Source: Auanema rhodensis
Taxonomy: Eukaryota; Animalia; Nematoda
Direction: 5' to 3'
Length of the DNA stretch: 64,000 bases
Assembly (NCBI GenBank): GCA_964057225.1
Contig: OZ059899.1
Coordinates: 3,968,001 to 4,032,000, forward strand
Part shown: positions 11,401-24,921 of the stretch, in pieces
Numbering within the stretch: position 1 is the first letter of the stretch
Layout: each line of letters starts with the position of its first letter
The notes under the pieces: generated by a model
What the model was told of the DNA's origin: nothing
Databases searched by the model: none
The model's input: only the letters and a program-made list of their open reading frames with translations
Program-made: the position numbers and the translations under genes

Positions 11401-14400
11401 ATATCAACTGATATAAGTTCACACTTATATCCTCAATTTTCACCCTGAAGAATTAATTTTTTCGTTGAATAACATTGTCCATCGTCTTTGCCTTGAAAAA
11501 TGGAATCTAAAAACATCTACTTTTTGCTAAATTATTTTGAAATTTTTCGAAAAAATTTTTGTCAAAATGTTTTTGGAAGCAATGTTGAGTGTACATGGAA
11601 ACTCAACATACACTAATGCATCATTTTTCAAACGATCATAACTAATTTTTGTATTAAGCGTTTCTCAATGTAGTATAGTGCATTCGATGCGGATTTTTAA
11701 GCTGCGTCGATCTGTGTTATCAGATTTGCGCTAGCTTAAAAATGCACCGAGATATCAACTGATATGAGTTCACACTTATATCCTCGATTTTCACCCTGAA
11801 GAATTAATTTTTTCGTTGAATAACATTGTCCATCGTCTTTGCCTTGAAAAATGGAATCTAAAAACATCTACTTTTTGCTAAATTATTTTGAAATTTTTCG
11901 AAAAAATTTTTGTCAAAATGTTTTTGGAAGCAATGTTGAGTGCACATGGAAACTCAACATACACTAATGCATCATTTTTCAAACGATCATAACTAATTTT
12001 TGTATCAAGCGTTTCTTAATGTAGTATAGTGCATTCGATGCGGATTTTTAAGCTGCGTCGATCTGTGTTATCAGATTTGCGCTAGCTTAAAAATGCACCG
12101 AGATATCAACTGATATAAGTTCACACTTATATCCTCGATTTTCACCCTGAAGAAATAATTTTTTCGTTGAATAACATTGTCCATCGTCTTTGCCTTGAAA
12201 AAAGAAATCTAAAAACATCTACTTTTTGCTAAATTATTTCGAAATTTTTCGAAAAAATTTTTGTCAAAATGTTTTTGGAAGCAATGTTGAGTGTACATGG
12301 AAACTCAACATACACTAATGCATCATTTTTCAAACGATCATAACTAATTTTTGTATTAAGCGTTTCTCAATGTAGTATAGTGCATTCGATGCGGATTTTT
12401 AAGCTGCGTCGATCTGTGTTATCAGATTTGCGCTAGCTTAAAAATGCACCGAGATATCAACTGATATAAGTTCACACTTATATCCTCGATTTTCACCCTG
12501 AAGAATTAATTCTTTCGTTGAATAACATTGTCCATCGTCTTCGCCTTGAAAAATGGAATCTTAAAACATCTACTTTTTGCTAAATTATTTTGAAATTTTT
12601 CGAAAAAATTTTTGTCAAAATGTTTTTGGAAGCAATGTTGAGTGTACATGGAAACTCAACATACACTAATGCATCATTTTTCAAACGATCATAACTAATT
12701 TTTGTATTAAGCGTTTCTCAATGTAGTATAGTGCATTCGATGCGGATTTTTAAGCTGCGTCGATCTGTGTTATCAGATTTGCGCTAGCTTAAAAATGCAC
12801 CGAGATATCAACTGATATAAGTTCACACTTATATCCTCGATTTTCACCCTGAAGAATTAATTTTTTCGTTGAATAACATTGTCCATCGTCTTTGCCTTGA
12901 AAAAAGGAATCTAAAAACATCTACTTTTTGCTAAATTATTTTAAAATTTTTCGAAAAAATTTTTGTCAAAATGTTTTTGGAAGCAATGTTGAGTGTACAT
13001 GGAAACTCAACATACACTAATGCATCATTTTTCAAACGATCATAACTAATTTTTGTATTAAGCATTTCTCAATGTAGTATAGTGCATTCGATGCGGATTT
13101 TTAAGCTGCGTCGATCTGTGTTATCAGATTAGCGCTAGCTTAAAAATGCACCAAGATATCAACTGATATAAGTTCACACTTATATCCTCGATTTTCACCC
13201 TGAAGAATTAATTTTTTCGTTGAATAACATTGTCCATCGTCTTTGCCTTGAAAAAAGGAATCTAAAAACATCTACTTTTTGCTAAATTATTTTAAAATTT
13301 TTCGAAAAAATTTTTGTCAAAATGTTTTTGGAAGCAATGTTGAGTGTACATGGAAACTCAACATACACTAATGCATCATTTTTCAAACGATCATAACTAA
13401 TTTTTGTATTAAGCATTTCTCAATGTAGTATAGTGCATTCGATGCGGATTTTTAAGCTGCGTCGATCTGTGTTATCAGATTAGCGCTAGCTTAAAAATGC
13501 ACCAAGATATCAACTGATATAAGTTCACACTTATATCCTCGATTTTCACCCTGAAGAATTAATTTTTTCGTTGAATAACATTGTCCATCGTCTTTGCCTT
13601 GAAAAAAGGAATCTAAAAACATCTACTTTTTGCTAAATTATTTTGAAATTTTTCGAAAAAAGTTTTGTCAAAATGTTTTTGGAAGCAATGTTGAGTGTAC
13701 ATGGAAACTCAACATACACTAATGCATAATTTTTCAAACGATCATAACTAATTTTTGTATTGAGCGTTTCTCAATGTAGTATAGTGCATTCGATGCGGAT
13801 TTTTAAGCTGCGTCGTTCTGTGTTATCAGATTTGCGCTAGCTTAAAAATGCAACGAGATATCAACTGATATAAGTTCACACTTATATCCTCGATTTTCAC
13901 CCTGAAGAATTAATTTTTTCGTTGAATAACATTGTCCATCGTCTTTGCCTTGAAAAAAGGAATCTAAAAACATCTACTTTTTGCTAAATTATTTTGAAAT
14001 TTCTCGAAAAAATTTTTGTCAAAATGTTTTTGGAAGCAATGTTGAGTGCACATGGAAACTCAACATACACTAATGCATCATTTTTCAAACGATCATAACT
14101 AATTTTTGTATTAAGCGTTTCTCAATGTAGTATAGTGCATTCGATGCGGATTTTTAAGCTGCGTCGATCTGTGTTATCAGATTTGCGCTAGCTTAAAAAT
14201 GCACCGAGATATCAACTGATATAAGTTCACACTTATATCCTCGATTTTCACCCTGAAGAATTAATTTTTTCGTTGAATAACATTGTCCATCGTCTTTGCC
14301 TTGAAAAAAGGAATCTAAAAACATCTACTTTTTGCTAAATTATTTTAAAATTTTTCGAAAAAATTTTTGTCAAAATGTTTTTGGAAGCAATGTTGAGTGT

Positions 14401-17400
14401 ACATGGAAACTCAACATACACTAATGCATCATTTTTCAAACGATCATAACTAATTTTTGTATTGAGCGTTTCTCAATGTAGTATAGTGCATTCGATGCGG
14501 ATTTTTAAGCTGCGTCGTTCTGTGTTATCAGATTTGCGCTAGCTTAAAAATGCAACGAGATATCAACTGATATAAGTTCACACTTATATCCTCGATTTTC
14601 ACCCTGAAGAATTAATTTTTTCGTTGAATAACATTGTCCATCGTCTTTGCCTTGAAAAAAGGAATCTAAAAACATCTACTTTTTGCTAAATTATTTTAAA
14701 ATTTTTCGAAAAAATTTTTGTCAAAATGTTTTTGGAAGCAATGTTGAGTGTACATGGAAACTCAACATACACTAATGCATCATTTTTCAAACGATCATAA
14801 CTAATTTTTGTATTGAGCATTTCTCAATGTAGTATAGTGCATTCGATGCGGATTTTTAAGCTGCGTCGATCTGTGTTATCAGATTTGCGCTAGCTTAAAA
14901 ATGCACCAAGATATCAACTGATATAAGTTCACACTTATATCCTCGATTTTCACCCTGAAGAATTAATTTTTTCGTTGAATAACATTGTCCATCGTCTTTG
15001 CCTTGAAAAAAGGAATCTAAAAACATCTACTTTTTGCTAAATTATTTTGAAATTTCTCGAAAAAATTTTTGTCAAAATGTTTTTGGAAGCAATGTTGAGT
15101 GTACATGGAAACTCAACATACACTAATGCATCATTATTCAAACGATCATAACTAATTTTTGTATTAAGCATTTCTCAATGTAGTATAGTGCATTCGATGC
15201 GGATTTTTAAGCTGCGTCGATCTGTGTTATCAGATTCGCGCTAGCTTAAAAATTCACCGAGATATCAACTGATATAAGTTCACACTTATATCCTCGATTT
15301 TCACCCTGAAGAATTAATTTTTTCGTTGAATAACATTGTCCATCGTCTTTGCCTTGAAAAAAGGAATCTAAAAACATCTACTTTTTGCTAAATTATTTTG
15401 AAATTTTTCGAAAAAATTTTTGTCAAAATGTTTTTGGAAGCAATGTTGAGTGTACATGGAAACTCAACATACACTAATGCATCATTTTTCAAACGATCAT
15501 AACTAATTTTTGTATTAAGCGTTTCTCAATGTAGTATAGTGCAGTCGATGCGGATTTGTAAGCTGCGTCGATCTGTGTTATCAGATTTGCGCTAGCTTAA
15601 AAATGCACCGAGATATCAACTGATATAAGTTCACACTTATATCCTCGATTTTCACCCTGAAGAATTAATTTTTTCGTTGAATAACATTGTCCATCGTCTT
15701 TGCCTTGAAAAAAGGAATCTAAAAACATCTACTTTTTGCTAAATTATTTTGAAATTTTTTGAAAAAATTTTTGTCAAAATGTTTTTGGAAGCAATGTTGA
15801 GTGTACATGGAAACTCAACATACACTAATGCATCATTTTTCAAACGATCATAACTAATTTTTGTATTGAGCATTTCTCAATGTAGTATAGTGCATTCGAT
15901 GCGGATTTTTAAGCTGCGTCGATCTGTGTTATCAGATTTGCGCTAGCTTAAAAATGCACCGAGATATCAACTGATATAAGTTCACACTTATATCCTCGAT
16001 TTTCACCCTGAAGAATTAATTTTTTCGTTGAATAACATTGTCCATCGTCTTTGCCTTGAAAAAAGGAATCTAAAAACATCTACTTTTTGCTAAATTATTT
16101 TGAAATTTCTCGAAAAAATTTTTGTCAAAATGTTTTTGGAAGCAATGTTGAGTGTACATGGAAACTCAACATACACTAATGCATCATTTTTCAAACGATC
16201 ATAACTAATTTTTGTATTAAGCGTTTCTCAATGTAGTATAGTGCATTCGATGCGGATTTTTAAGCTGCGTCGATCTGTGTTATCAGATTTGCGCTAGCTT
16301 AAAAATGCACCGAGATATCAACTGATATAAGTTCACACTTATATCCTCGATTTTCACCCTGAAGAATTGATTTTTTCGTTGAATAACATTGTCCATCGTC
16401 TTTGCCTTGAAAAATGGAATCTAAAAACATCTACTTTTTGCTAAATTATTTTGAAATTTTTCGAAAAAAGTTTTGTCAAAATGTTTTTGGAAGCAATGTT
16501 GAGTGTACATGGAAACTCAACATACACTAATGCATCATTTTTCAAACGATCATAACTAATTTTTGTATTAAGCGTTTCTCAATGTAGTATAGTGCATTCG
16601 ATGCGGATTTTTAAGCTGCGTCGATCTGTGTTATCAGATTTGCGCTAGCTTAAAAATGCACCGAGATATCAACTGATATAAGTTCACACTTATATCCTCG
16701 ATTTTCACCCTGAAGAATTAATTTTTTCGTTGAATAACATTGTCCATCGTCTTTGCCTTGAAAAAAGGAATCTAAAAACATCTACTTTTCGCTAAATTAT
16801 TTTGAAATTTCTCGAAAAAATTTTTGTCAAAATGTTTTTGGAAGCAATGTTGAGTGTACATGGAAACTCAACATACACTAATGCATCATTTTTCAAACGA
16901 TCATAACTAATTTTTGTATTAAGCGTTTCTCAATGTAGTATAGTGCATTCGATGCGGATTTTTAAGCTGCGTCGATCTGTGTTATCAGATTTGCGCTAGC
17001 TTAAAAATGCACCGAGATATCAACTGATATAAGTTCACACTTATATCCTCGATTTTCACCCTGAAGAATTGATTTTTTCGTTGAATAACATTGTCCATCG
17101 TCTTTGCCTTGAAAAATGGAATCTAAAAACATCTACTTTTTGCTAAATTATTTTGAAATTTTTCGAAAAAAGTTTTGTCAAAATGTTTTTGGAAGCAATG
17201 TTGAGTGTACATGGAAACTCAACATACACTAATGCATCATTTTTCAAACGATCATAACTAATTTTTGTATTAAGCGTTTCTCAATGTAGTATAGTGCATT
17301 CGATGCGGATTTTTAAGCTGCGTCGTTCTGTGTTATCAGATTTGCGCTAGCTTAAAAATGCAACGAGATATCAACTGATATAAGTTCACACTTATATCCT

Positions 17401-20400
17401 CGATTTTCACCCTGAAGAATTAATTTTTTCGTTGAATTACATTGTCCATCGTCTTTGCCTTGAAAAAAGAAATCTAAAAACATCTACTTTTTGCTAAATT
17501 ATTTTAAAATTTTTCGAAAAAATTTTTGTCAAAATGTTTTTGGAAGCAATGTTGAGTGTACATGGAAACTCAACATACACTAATGCATCATTTTTCAAAC
17601 GATCATAACTAATTTTTGTATTAAGCATTTCTCAATGTAGTATAGTGCATTCGATGCGGATTTTTAAGCTGCGTCGATCTGTGTTATCAGATTTGCGCTA
17701 GCTTAAAAATGCAACGAGATATCAACTGATATAAGTTCACACTTATATCCTCGATTTTCACCCTGAAGAATTAATTTTTTCGTTGAATAACATTGTCCAT
17801 CGTCTTTGCCTTGAAAAAAGGAATCTAAAAACATCTACTTTTTGCTAAATTATTTTAAAATTTTTCGAAAAAATTTTTGTCAAAATGTTTTTGGAAGCAA
17901 TGTTGAGTGTACATGGAAACTCAACATACACTAATGCATCATTTTTCAAACGATCATAACTAATTTTTGTATTGAGCATTTCTCAATGTAGTATAGTGCA
18001 TTCGATGCGGATTTTTAAGCTGCGTCGATCTGTGTTATCAGATTTGCGCTAGCTTAAAAATGCACCGAGATATCAACTGATATAAGTTCACACTTATATC
18101 CTCGATTTTCACCCTGAAGAATTAATTTTTTCGTTGAATAACATTGTCCATCGTCTTTGCCTTGAAAAAAGGAATCTAAAAACATCTACTTTTTGCTAAA
18201 TTATTTCGAAATTTCTCGAAAAAATTTTTGTCAAAATGTTTTTGGAAGCAATGTTGAGTGTACATGGAAACTCAACATACACTAATGCATCATTTTTCAA
18301 ACGATCATAACTAATTTTTGTATTAAGCGTTTCTCAATGTAGTATAGTGCATTCGATGCGGATTTTTAAGCTGCGTCGATCTGTGTTATCAGATTTGCGC
18401 TAGCTTAAAAATGCACCGAGATATCAACTGATATAAGTTCACACTTATATCCTCGATTTTCACCCTGAAGAATTGATTTTTTCGTTGAATAACATTGTCC
18501 ATCGTCTTTGCCTTGAAAAATGGAATCTAAAAACATCTACTTTTTGCTAAATTATTTTGAAATTTTTCGAAAAAAGTTTTGTCAAAATGTTTTTGGAAGC
18601 AATGTTGAGTGTACATGGAAACTCAACATACACTAATGCATCATTTTTCAAACGATTATAACTAATTTTTGTATTAAGCGTTTCTCAATGTAGTATAGTG
18701 CATTCCATGCGGATTTTTAAGCTGCGTCGTTCTGTGTTATCAGATTTGCGCTAGCTTAAAAATGCAACGAGATATCAACTGATATAAGTTCACACTTATA
18801 TCCTCGATTTTCACCCTGAAGAATTGATTTTTTCGTTGAATAACATTGTCCATCGTCTTTGCCTTGAAAAAAGGAATCTAAAAACATCTACTTTTTGCTA
18901 AATTATTTTAAAATTTTTCGAAAAAATTTTTGTCAAAATGTTTTTGGAAGCAATGTTGAGTGTACATGGAAACTCAACATACACTAATGCATCATTTTTC
19001 AAACGATCATAACTAATTTTTGTATTGAGCGTTTCTCAATGTAGTATAGTGCATTCGATGCGGATTTTTAAGCTGCGTCGTTCTGTGTTATCAGATTTGC
19101 GCTAGCTTAAAAATGCAACGAGATATCAACTGATATAAGTTCACACTTATATCCTCGATTTTCACCCTGAAGAATTAATTTTTTCGTTGAATAACATTGT
19201 CCATCGTCTTTGCCTTGAAAAAAGGAATCTAAAAACATCTACTTTTTGCTAAATTATTTTAAAATTTTTCGAAAAAATTTTTGTCAAAATGTTTTTGGAA
19301 GCAATGTTGAGTGTACATGGAAACTCAACATACACTAATGCATCATTTTTCAAACGATCATAACTAATTTTTGTATTGAGCATTTCTCAATGTAGTATAG
19401 TGCATTCGATGCGGATTTTTAAGCTGCGTCGATCTGTGTTATCAGATTAGCGCTAGCTTAAAAATGCACCGAGATATCAACTGATATAAGTTCACACTTA
19501 TATCCTCGATTTTCACCCTGAAGAATTGATTTTTTCGTTGAATAACATTGTCCATCGTCTTTGCCTTGAAAAATGGAATCTAAAAACATCTACTTTTTGC
19601 TAAATTATTTTGAAATTTTTCGAAAAAAGTTTTGTTAAAATGTTTTTGGAAGCAATGTTGAGTGTACATGGAAACTCAACATACACTAATGCATCATTTT
19701 TCAAACGATTATAACTAATTTTTGTATTAAGCGTTTCTCAATGTAGTATAGTGCATTCGATGCGGATTTTTAAGCTGCGTCGTTCTGTGTTATCAGATTT
19801 GCGCTAGCTTAAAAATGCAACGAGATATCAACTGATATAAGTTCACACTTATATCCTCGATTTTCACCCTGAAGAATTGATTTTTTCGTTGAATAACATT
19901 GTCCATCGTCTTTGCCTTGAAAAAAGGAATCTAAAAACATCTACTTTTTGCTAAATTATTTTAAAATTTTTCGAAAAAATTTTTGTCAAAATGTTTTTGG
20001 AAGCAATGTTGAGTGTACATGGAAACTCAACATACACTAATGCATCATTTTTCAAACGATCATAACTAATTTTTGTATTGAGCGTTTCTCAATGTAGTAT
20101 AGTGCATTCGATGCGGATTTTTAAGCTGCGTCGTTCTGTGTTATCAGATTTGCGCTAGCTTAAAAATGCACCGAGATATCAACTGATATAAGTTCACACT
20201 TATATCCTCGATTTTCACCCTGAAGAATTAATTTTTTCGTTGAATAACATTGTCCATCGTCTTTGCCTTAAAAAATGGAATCTAAAAACATCTACTTTTT
20301 GCTAAATTATTTTAAAATTTTTCGAAAAAATTTTTGTCAAAATGTTTTTGGAAGCAATGTTGAGTGTACATGGAAACTCAACATACACTAATGCATCATT

Positions 20401-21411
20401 TTTCAAACGATCATAACTAATTTTTGTATTGAGCATTTCTCAATGTAGTATAGTGCATTCGATGCGGATTTTTAAGCTGCGTCGATCTGTGTTATCAGAT
20501 TAGCGCTAGCTTAAAAATGCACCAAGATATCAACTGATATAAGTTCACACTTATATCCTCGATTTTCACCCTGAAGAATTAATTTTTTCGTTGAATTACA
20601 TTGTCCATCGTCTTTGCCTTGAAAAAAAAAATCTAAAAACATCTACTTTTTGCTAAATTATTTTAAAATTTTTCGAAAAAATTTTTGTCAAAATGTTTTT
20701 GGAAGCAATGTTGAGTGTACATGGAAACTCAACATACACTAATGCATCATTTTTCAAACGATCATAACTAATTTTTGTATCAAGCATTTCTCAATGTAGT
20801 ATAGTGCATTCGATGCGGATTTTTAAGCTGCGTCGATCTGTGTTATCAGATTTGCGCTAGCTTAAAAATGCACCGAGATATCAACTGATATAAGTTCACA
20901 CTTATATCCTCGATTTTCACCCTGAAGAATTAATTTTTTCGTTGAATAACATTGTCCATCGTCTTTGCCTTGAAAAAAGGAATCTAAAAACATCTACTTT
21001 TTGCTAAATTATTTTGAAATTTTTCGAAAAAATTTTTGTCAAAATGTTTTTGGAAGCAATGTTGAGTGTACATGGAAACTCAACATACACTAATGCATCA
21101 TTTTTCAAACGATCATAACTAATTTTTGTATTGAGCATTTCTCAATGTAGTATAGTGCATTCGATGCGGATTTTTAAGCTGCGTCGATCTGTATTATCAG
21201 ATTTGCGCTAGCTTAAAAATGCACCGAGATATCAACTGATATAAGTTCACACTTATATCCTCGATTTTCACCCTGAAGAATTAATTTTTTCGTGGAATAA
21301 CATTGTCCATCGTCTTTGCCTTGAAAAAAGAAATCTAAAAACATCTACTTTTTGCTAAATTATTTTGAAATTTCTCGAAAAAATTTTTGTCAAAATGTTT
21401 TTGGAAGCAAT

Positions 21412-24400
21412 GTTGAGTGTACATGGAAACTCAACATACACTAATGCATCATTTTTCAAACGATCATAACTAATTTTTGTATTAAGCATTTCTCAATGTA
21501 GTATAGTGCATTCGATGCGGATTTTTAAGCTGCGTCGATCTGTGTTATCAGATTCGCGCTAGCTTAAAAATTCACCGAGATATCAACTGATATAAGTTCA
21601 CACTTATATCCTCGATTTTCACCCTGAAGAATTAATTTTTTCGTTGAATAACATTGTCCATCGTCTTTGCCTTGAAAAAAGGAATCTAAAAACATCTACT
21701 TTTTGCTAAATTATTCTGAAATTTTTCGAAAAAATTTTTGTCAAAATGTTTTTGGAAGCAATGTTGAGTGTACATGGAAACTCAACATACACTAATGCAT
21801 CATTTTTCAAACGATCATAACTAATTTTTGTATTAAGCGTTTCTCAATGTAGTATAGTGCAGTCGATGCGGATTTTTAAGCTGCGTCGATCTGTGTTATC
21901 AGATTTGCGCTAGCTTAAAAATGCACCGAGATATCAACTGATATAAGTTCACACTTATATCCTCGATTTTCACCCTGAAGAATTAATTTTTTCGTTGAAT
22001 AACATTGTCCATCGTCTTTGCCTTGAAAAAAGGAATCTAAAAACATCTACTTTTTGCTAAATTATTTTGAAATTTTTTGAAAAAATTTTTGTCAAAATGT
22101 TTTTGGAAGCAATGTTGAATGTACATGGAAACTCAACATACACTAATGCATCATTTTTCAAACGATCATAACTAATTTTTGTATTAAGCGTTTCTCAATG
22201 TAGTATAGTGCAGTCGATGCGGATTTTTAAGCTGCGTCGATCTGTGTTATCAGATTTGCGCTAGCTTAAAAATGCACCGAGATATCAACTGATATAAGTT
22301 CACACTTATATCCTCGATTTTCACCCTGAAGAATTAATTTTTTCGTTGAATAACATTGTCCATCGTCTTTGCCTTGAAAAAAGGAATCTAAAAACATCTA
22401 CTTTTTGCTAAATTATTTTGAGATTTTTTGAAAAAATTTTTGTCAAAATGTTTTTGGAAGCAATGTTGAGTGTACATGGAAACTCAACATACACTAATGC
22501 ATCATTTTTCAAACGATCATAACTAATTTTTGTATTAAGCGTTTCTCAATGTAGTATAGTGCAGTCGATGCGGATTTTTAAGCTGCGTCGATCTGTGTTA
22601 TCAGATTTGCGCTAGCTTAAAAATGCACCGAGATATCAACTGATATAAGTTCACACTTATATCCTCGATTTTCACCCTGAAGAATTAATTTTTTCGTTGA
22701 ATAACATTGTCCATCGTCTTTGCCTTGAAAAAAGGAATCTAAAAACATCTACTTTTTGCTAAATTATTTTGAAATTTTTCGAAAAAATTTTTGTCAAAAT
22801 GTTTTTGGAAGCAATGTTGAGTGTACATGGAAACTCAACATACACTAATGCATCATTTTTCAAACGATCATAACTAATTTTTGTATTGAGCATTTCTCAA
22901 TGTAGTATAGTGCATTCGATGCGGATTTTTAAGCTGCGTCGATTTGTGTTATCAGATTTGCGCTAGCTTAAAAATGCACCAAGATATCAACTGATATAAG
23001 TTCACACTTATATCCTCGATTTTCACCCTGAAGAATTAATTTTTTCGTTGAATAACATTGTCCATCGTCTTTGCCTTGAAAAAAGGAATCTAAAAACATC
23101 TACTTTTTGCTAAATTATTTTAAAATTTTTCGAAAAAATTTTTGTCAAAATGTTTTTGGAAGCAATGTTGAGTGTACATGGAAACTCAACATACACTAAT
23201 GCATCATTTTTCAAACGATCATAACTAATTTTTGTATTGAGCATTTCTCAATGTAGTATAGTGCATTCGATGCGGATTTTTAAGCTGCGTCGATCTGTGT
23301 TATCAGATTCGCGCTAGCTTAAAAATTCACCGAGATATCAACTGATATAAGTTCACACTTATATCCTCGATTTTCACCCTGAAGAATTAATTTTTTCGTT
23401 GAATAACATTGTCCATCGTCTTTGCCTTGAAAAAAGGAATCTAAAAACATCTACTTTTTGCTAAATTATTCTGAAATTTTTCGAAAAAATTTTTGTCAAA
23501 ATGTTTTTGGAAGCAATGTTGAGTGTACATGGAAACTCAACATACACTAATGCATCATTTTTCAAACGATCATAACTAATTTTTGTATTAAGCGTTTCTC
23601 AATGTAGTATAGTGCAGTCGATGCGGATTTTTAAGCTGCGTCGATCTGTGTTATCAGATTTGCGCTAGCTTAAAAATGCACCGAGATATCAACTGATATA
23701 AGTTCACACTTATATCCTCGATTTTCACCCTGAAGAATTAATTTTTTCGTTGAATAACATTGTCCATCGTCTTTGCCTTGAAAAAAGGAATCTAAAAACA
23801 TCTACTTTTTGCTAAATTATTTTGAAATTTTTTGAAAAAATTTTTGTCAAAATGTTTTTGGAAGCAATGTTGAATGTACATGGAAACTCAACATACACTA
23901 ATGCATCATTTTTCAAACGATCATAACTAATTTTTGTATTAAGCGTTTCTCAATGTAGTATAGTGCAGTCGATGCGGATTTTTAAGCTGCGTCGATCTGT
24001 GTTATCAGATTTGCGCTAGCTTAAAAATGCACCGAGATATCAACTGATATAAGTTCACACTTATATCCTCGATTTTCACCCTGAAGAATTAATTTTTTCG
24101 TTGAATAACATTGTCCATCGTCTTTGCCTTGAAAAAAGGAATCTAAAAACATCTACTTTTTGCTAAATTATTTTGAGATTTTTTGAAAAAATTTTTGTCA
24201 AAATGTTTTTGGAAGCAATGTTGAGTGTACATGGAAACTCAACATACACTAATGCATCATTTTTCAAACGATCATAACTAATTTTTGTATTGAGCGTTTC
24301 TCAATGTAGTATAGTGCAGTCGATGCGGATTTTTAAGCTGCGTCGATCTGTGTTATCAGATTTGCGCTAGCTTAAAAATGCACCGAGATATCAACTGATA

Positions 24401-24921
24401 TAAGTTCACACTTATATCCTCGATTTTCACCCTGAAGAATTAATTTTTTCGTTGAATAACATTGTCCATCGTCTTTGCCTTGAAAAAAGGAATCTAAAAA
24501 CATCTACTTTTTGCTAAATTATTTTGAAATTTTTCGAAAAAATTTTTGTCAAAATGTTTTTGGAAGCAATGTTGAGTGTACATGGAAACTCAACATACAC
24601 TAATGCATCATTTTTCAAACGATCATAACTAATTTTTGTATTGAGCATTTCTCAATGTAGTATAGTGCATTCGATGCGGATTTTTAAGCTGCGTCGATTT
24701 GTGTTATCAGATTTGCGCTAGCTTAAAAATGCACCAAGATATCAACTGATATAAGTTCACACTTATATCCTCGATTTTCACCCTGAAGAATTAATTTTTT
24801 CGTTGAATAACATTGTCCATCGTCTTTGCCTTGAAAAAAGGAATCTAAAAACATCTACTTTTTGCTAAATTATTTTGAAATTTCTCGAAAAAATTTTTGT
24901 CAAAATGTTTTTGGAAGCAAT
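21412..24921 (+). repeat. Tandem duplication of a 5-monomer block (1755-bp period)
   Basis: gttgaAtgt occurs at 22119/23874. The attCgcg+aatTcacc monomer, three gcaGtcg monomers and a gatTtg monomer recur in the same order (M62-66 vs M67-71). Confidence 0.9.

Larger units (their letters stand above)
1..12285 (+). repeat. Satellite subfamily domain A (M1-M35)
   Basis: Diagnostic alleles are almost confined to this domain: tcaag (C72), aagtg (T76), cttaat (T83), gtgcac (C9), ccgat (T168), gaaata (A221), catcgtcc (C244), atttctg (C327) and aaatatt (A337). Only isolated carry-overs appear later (C9 in M41 at 14049, C72 in M60 at 20781). Confidence 0.9.
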
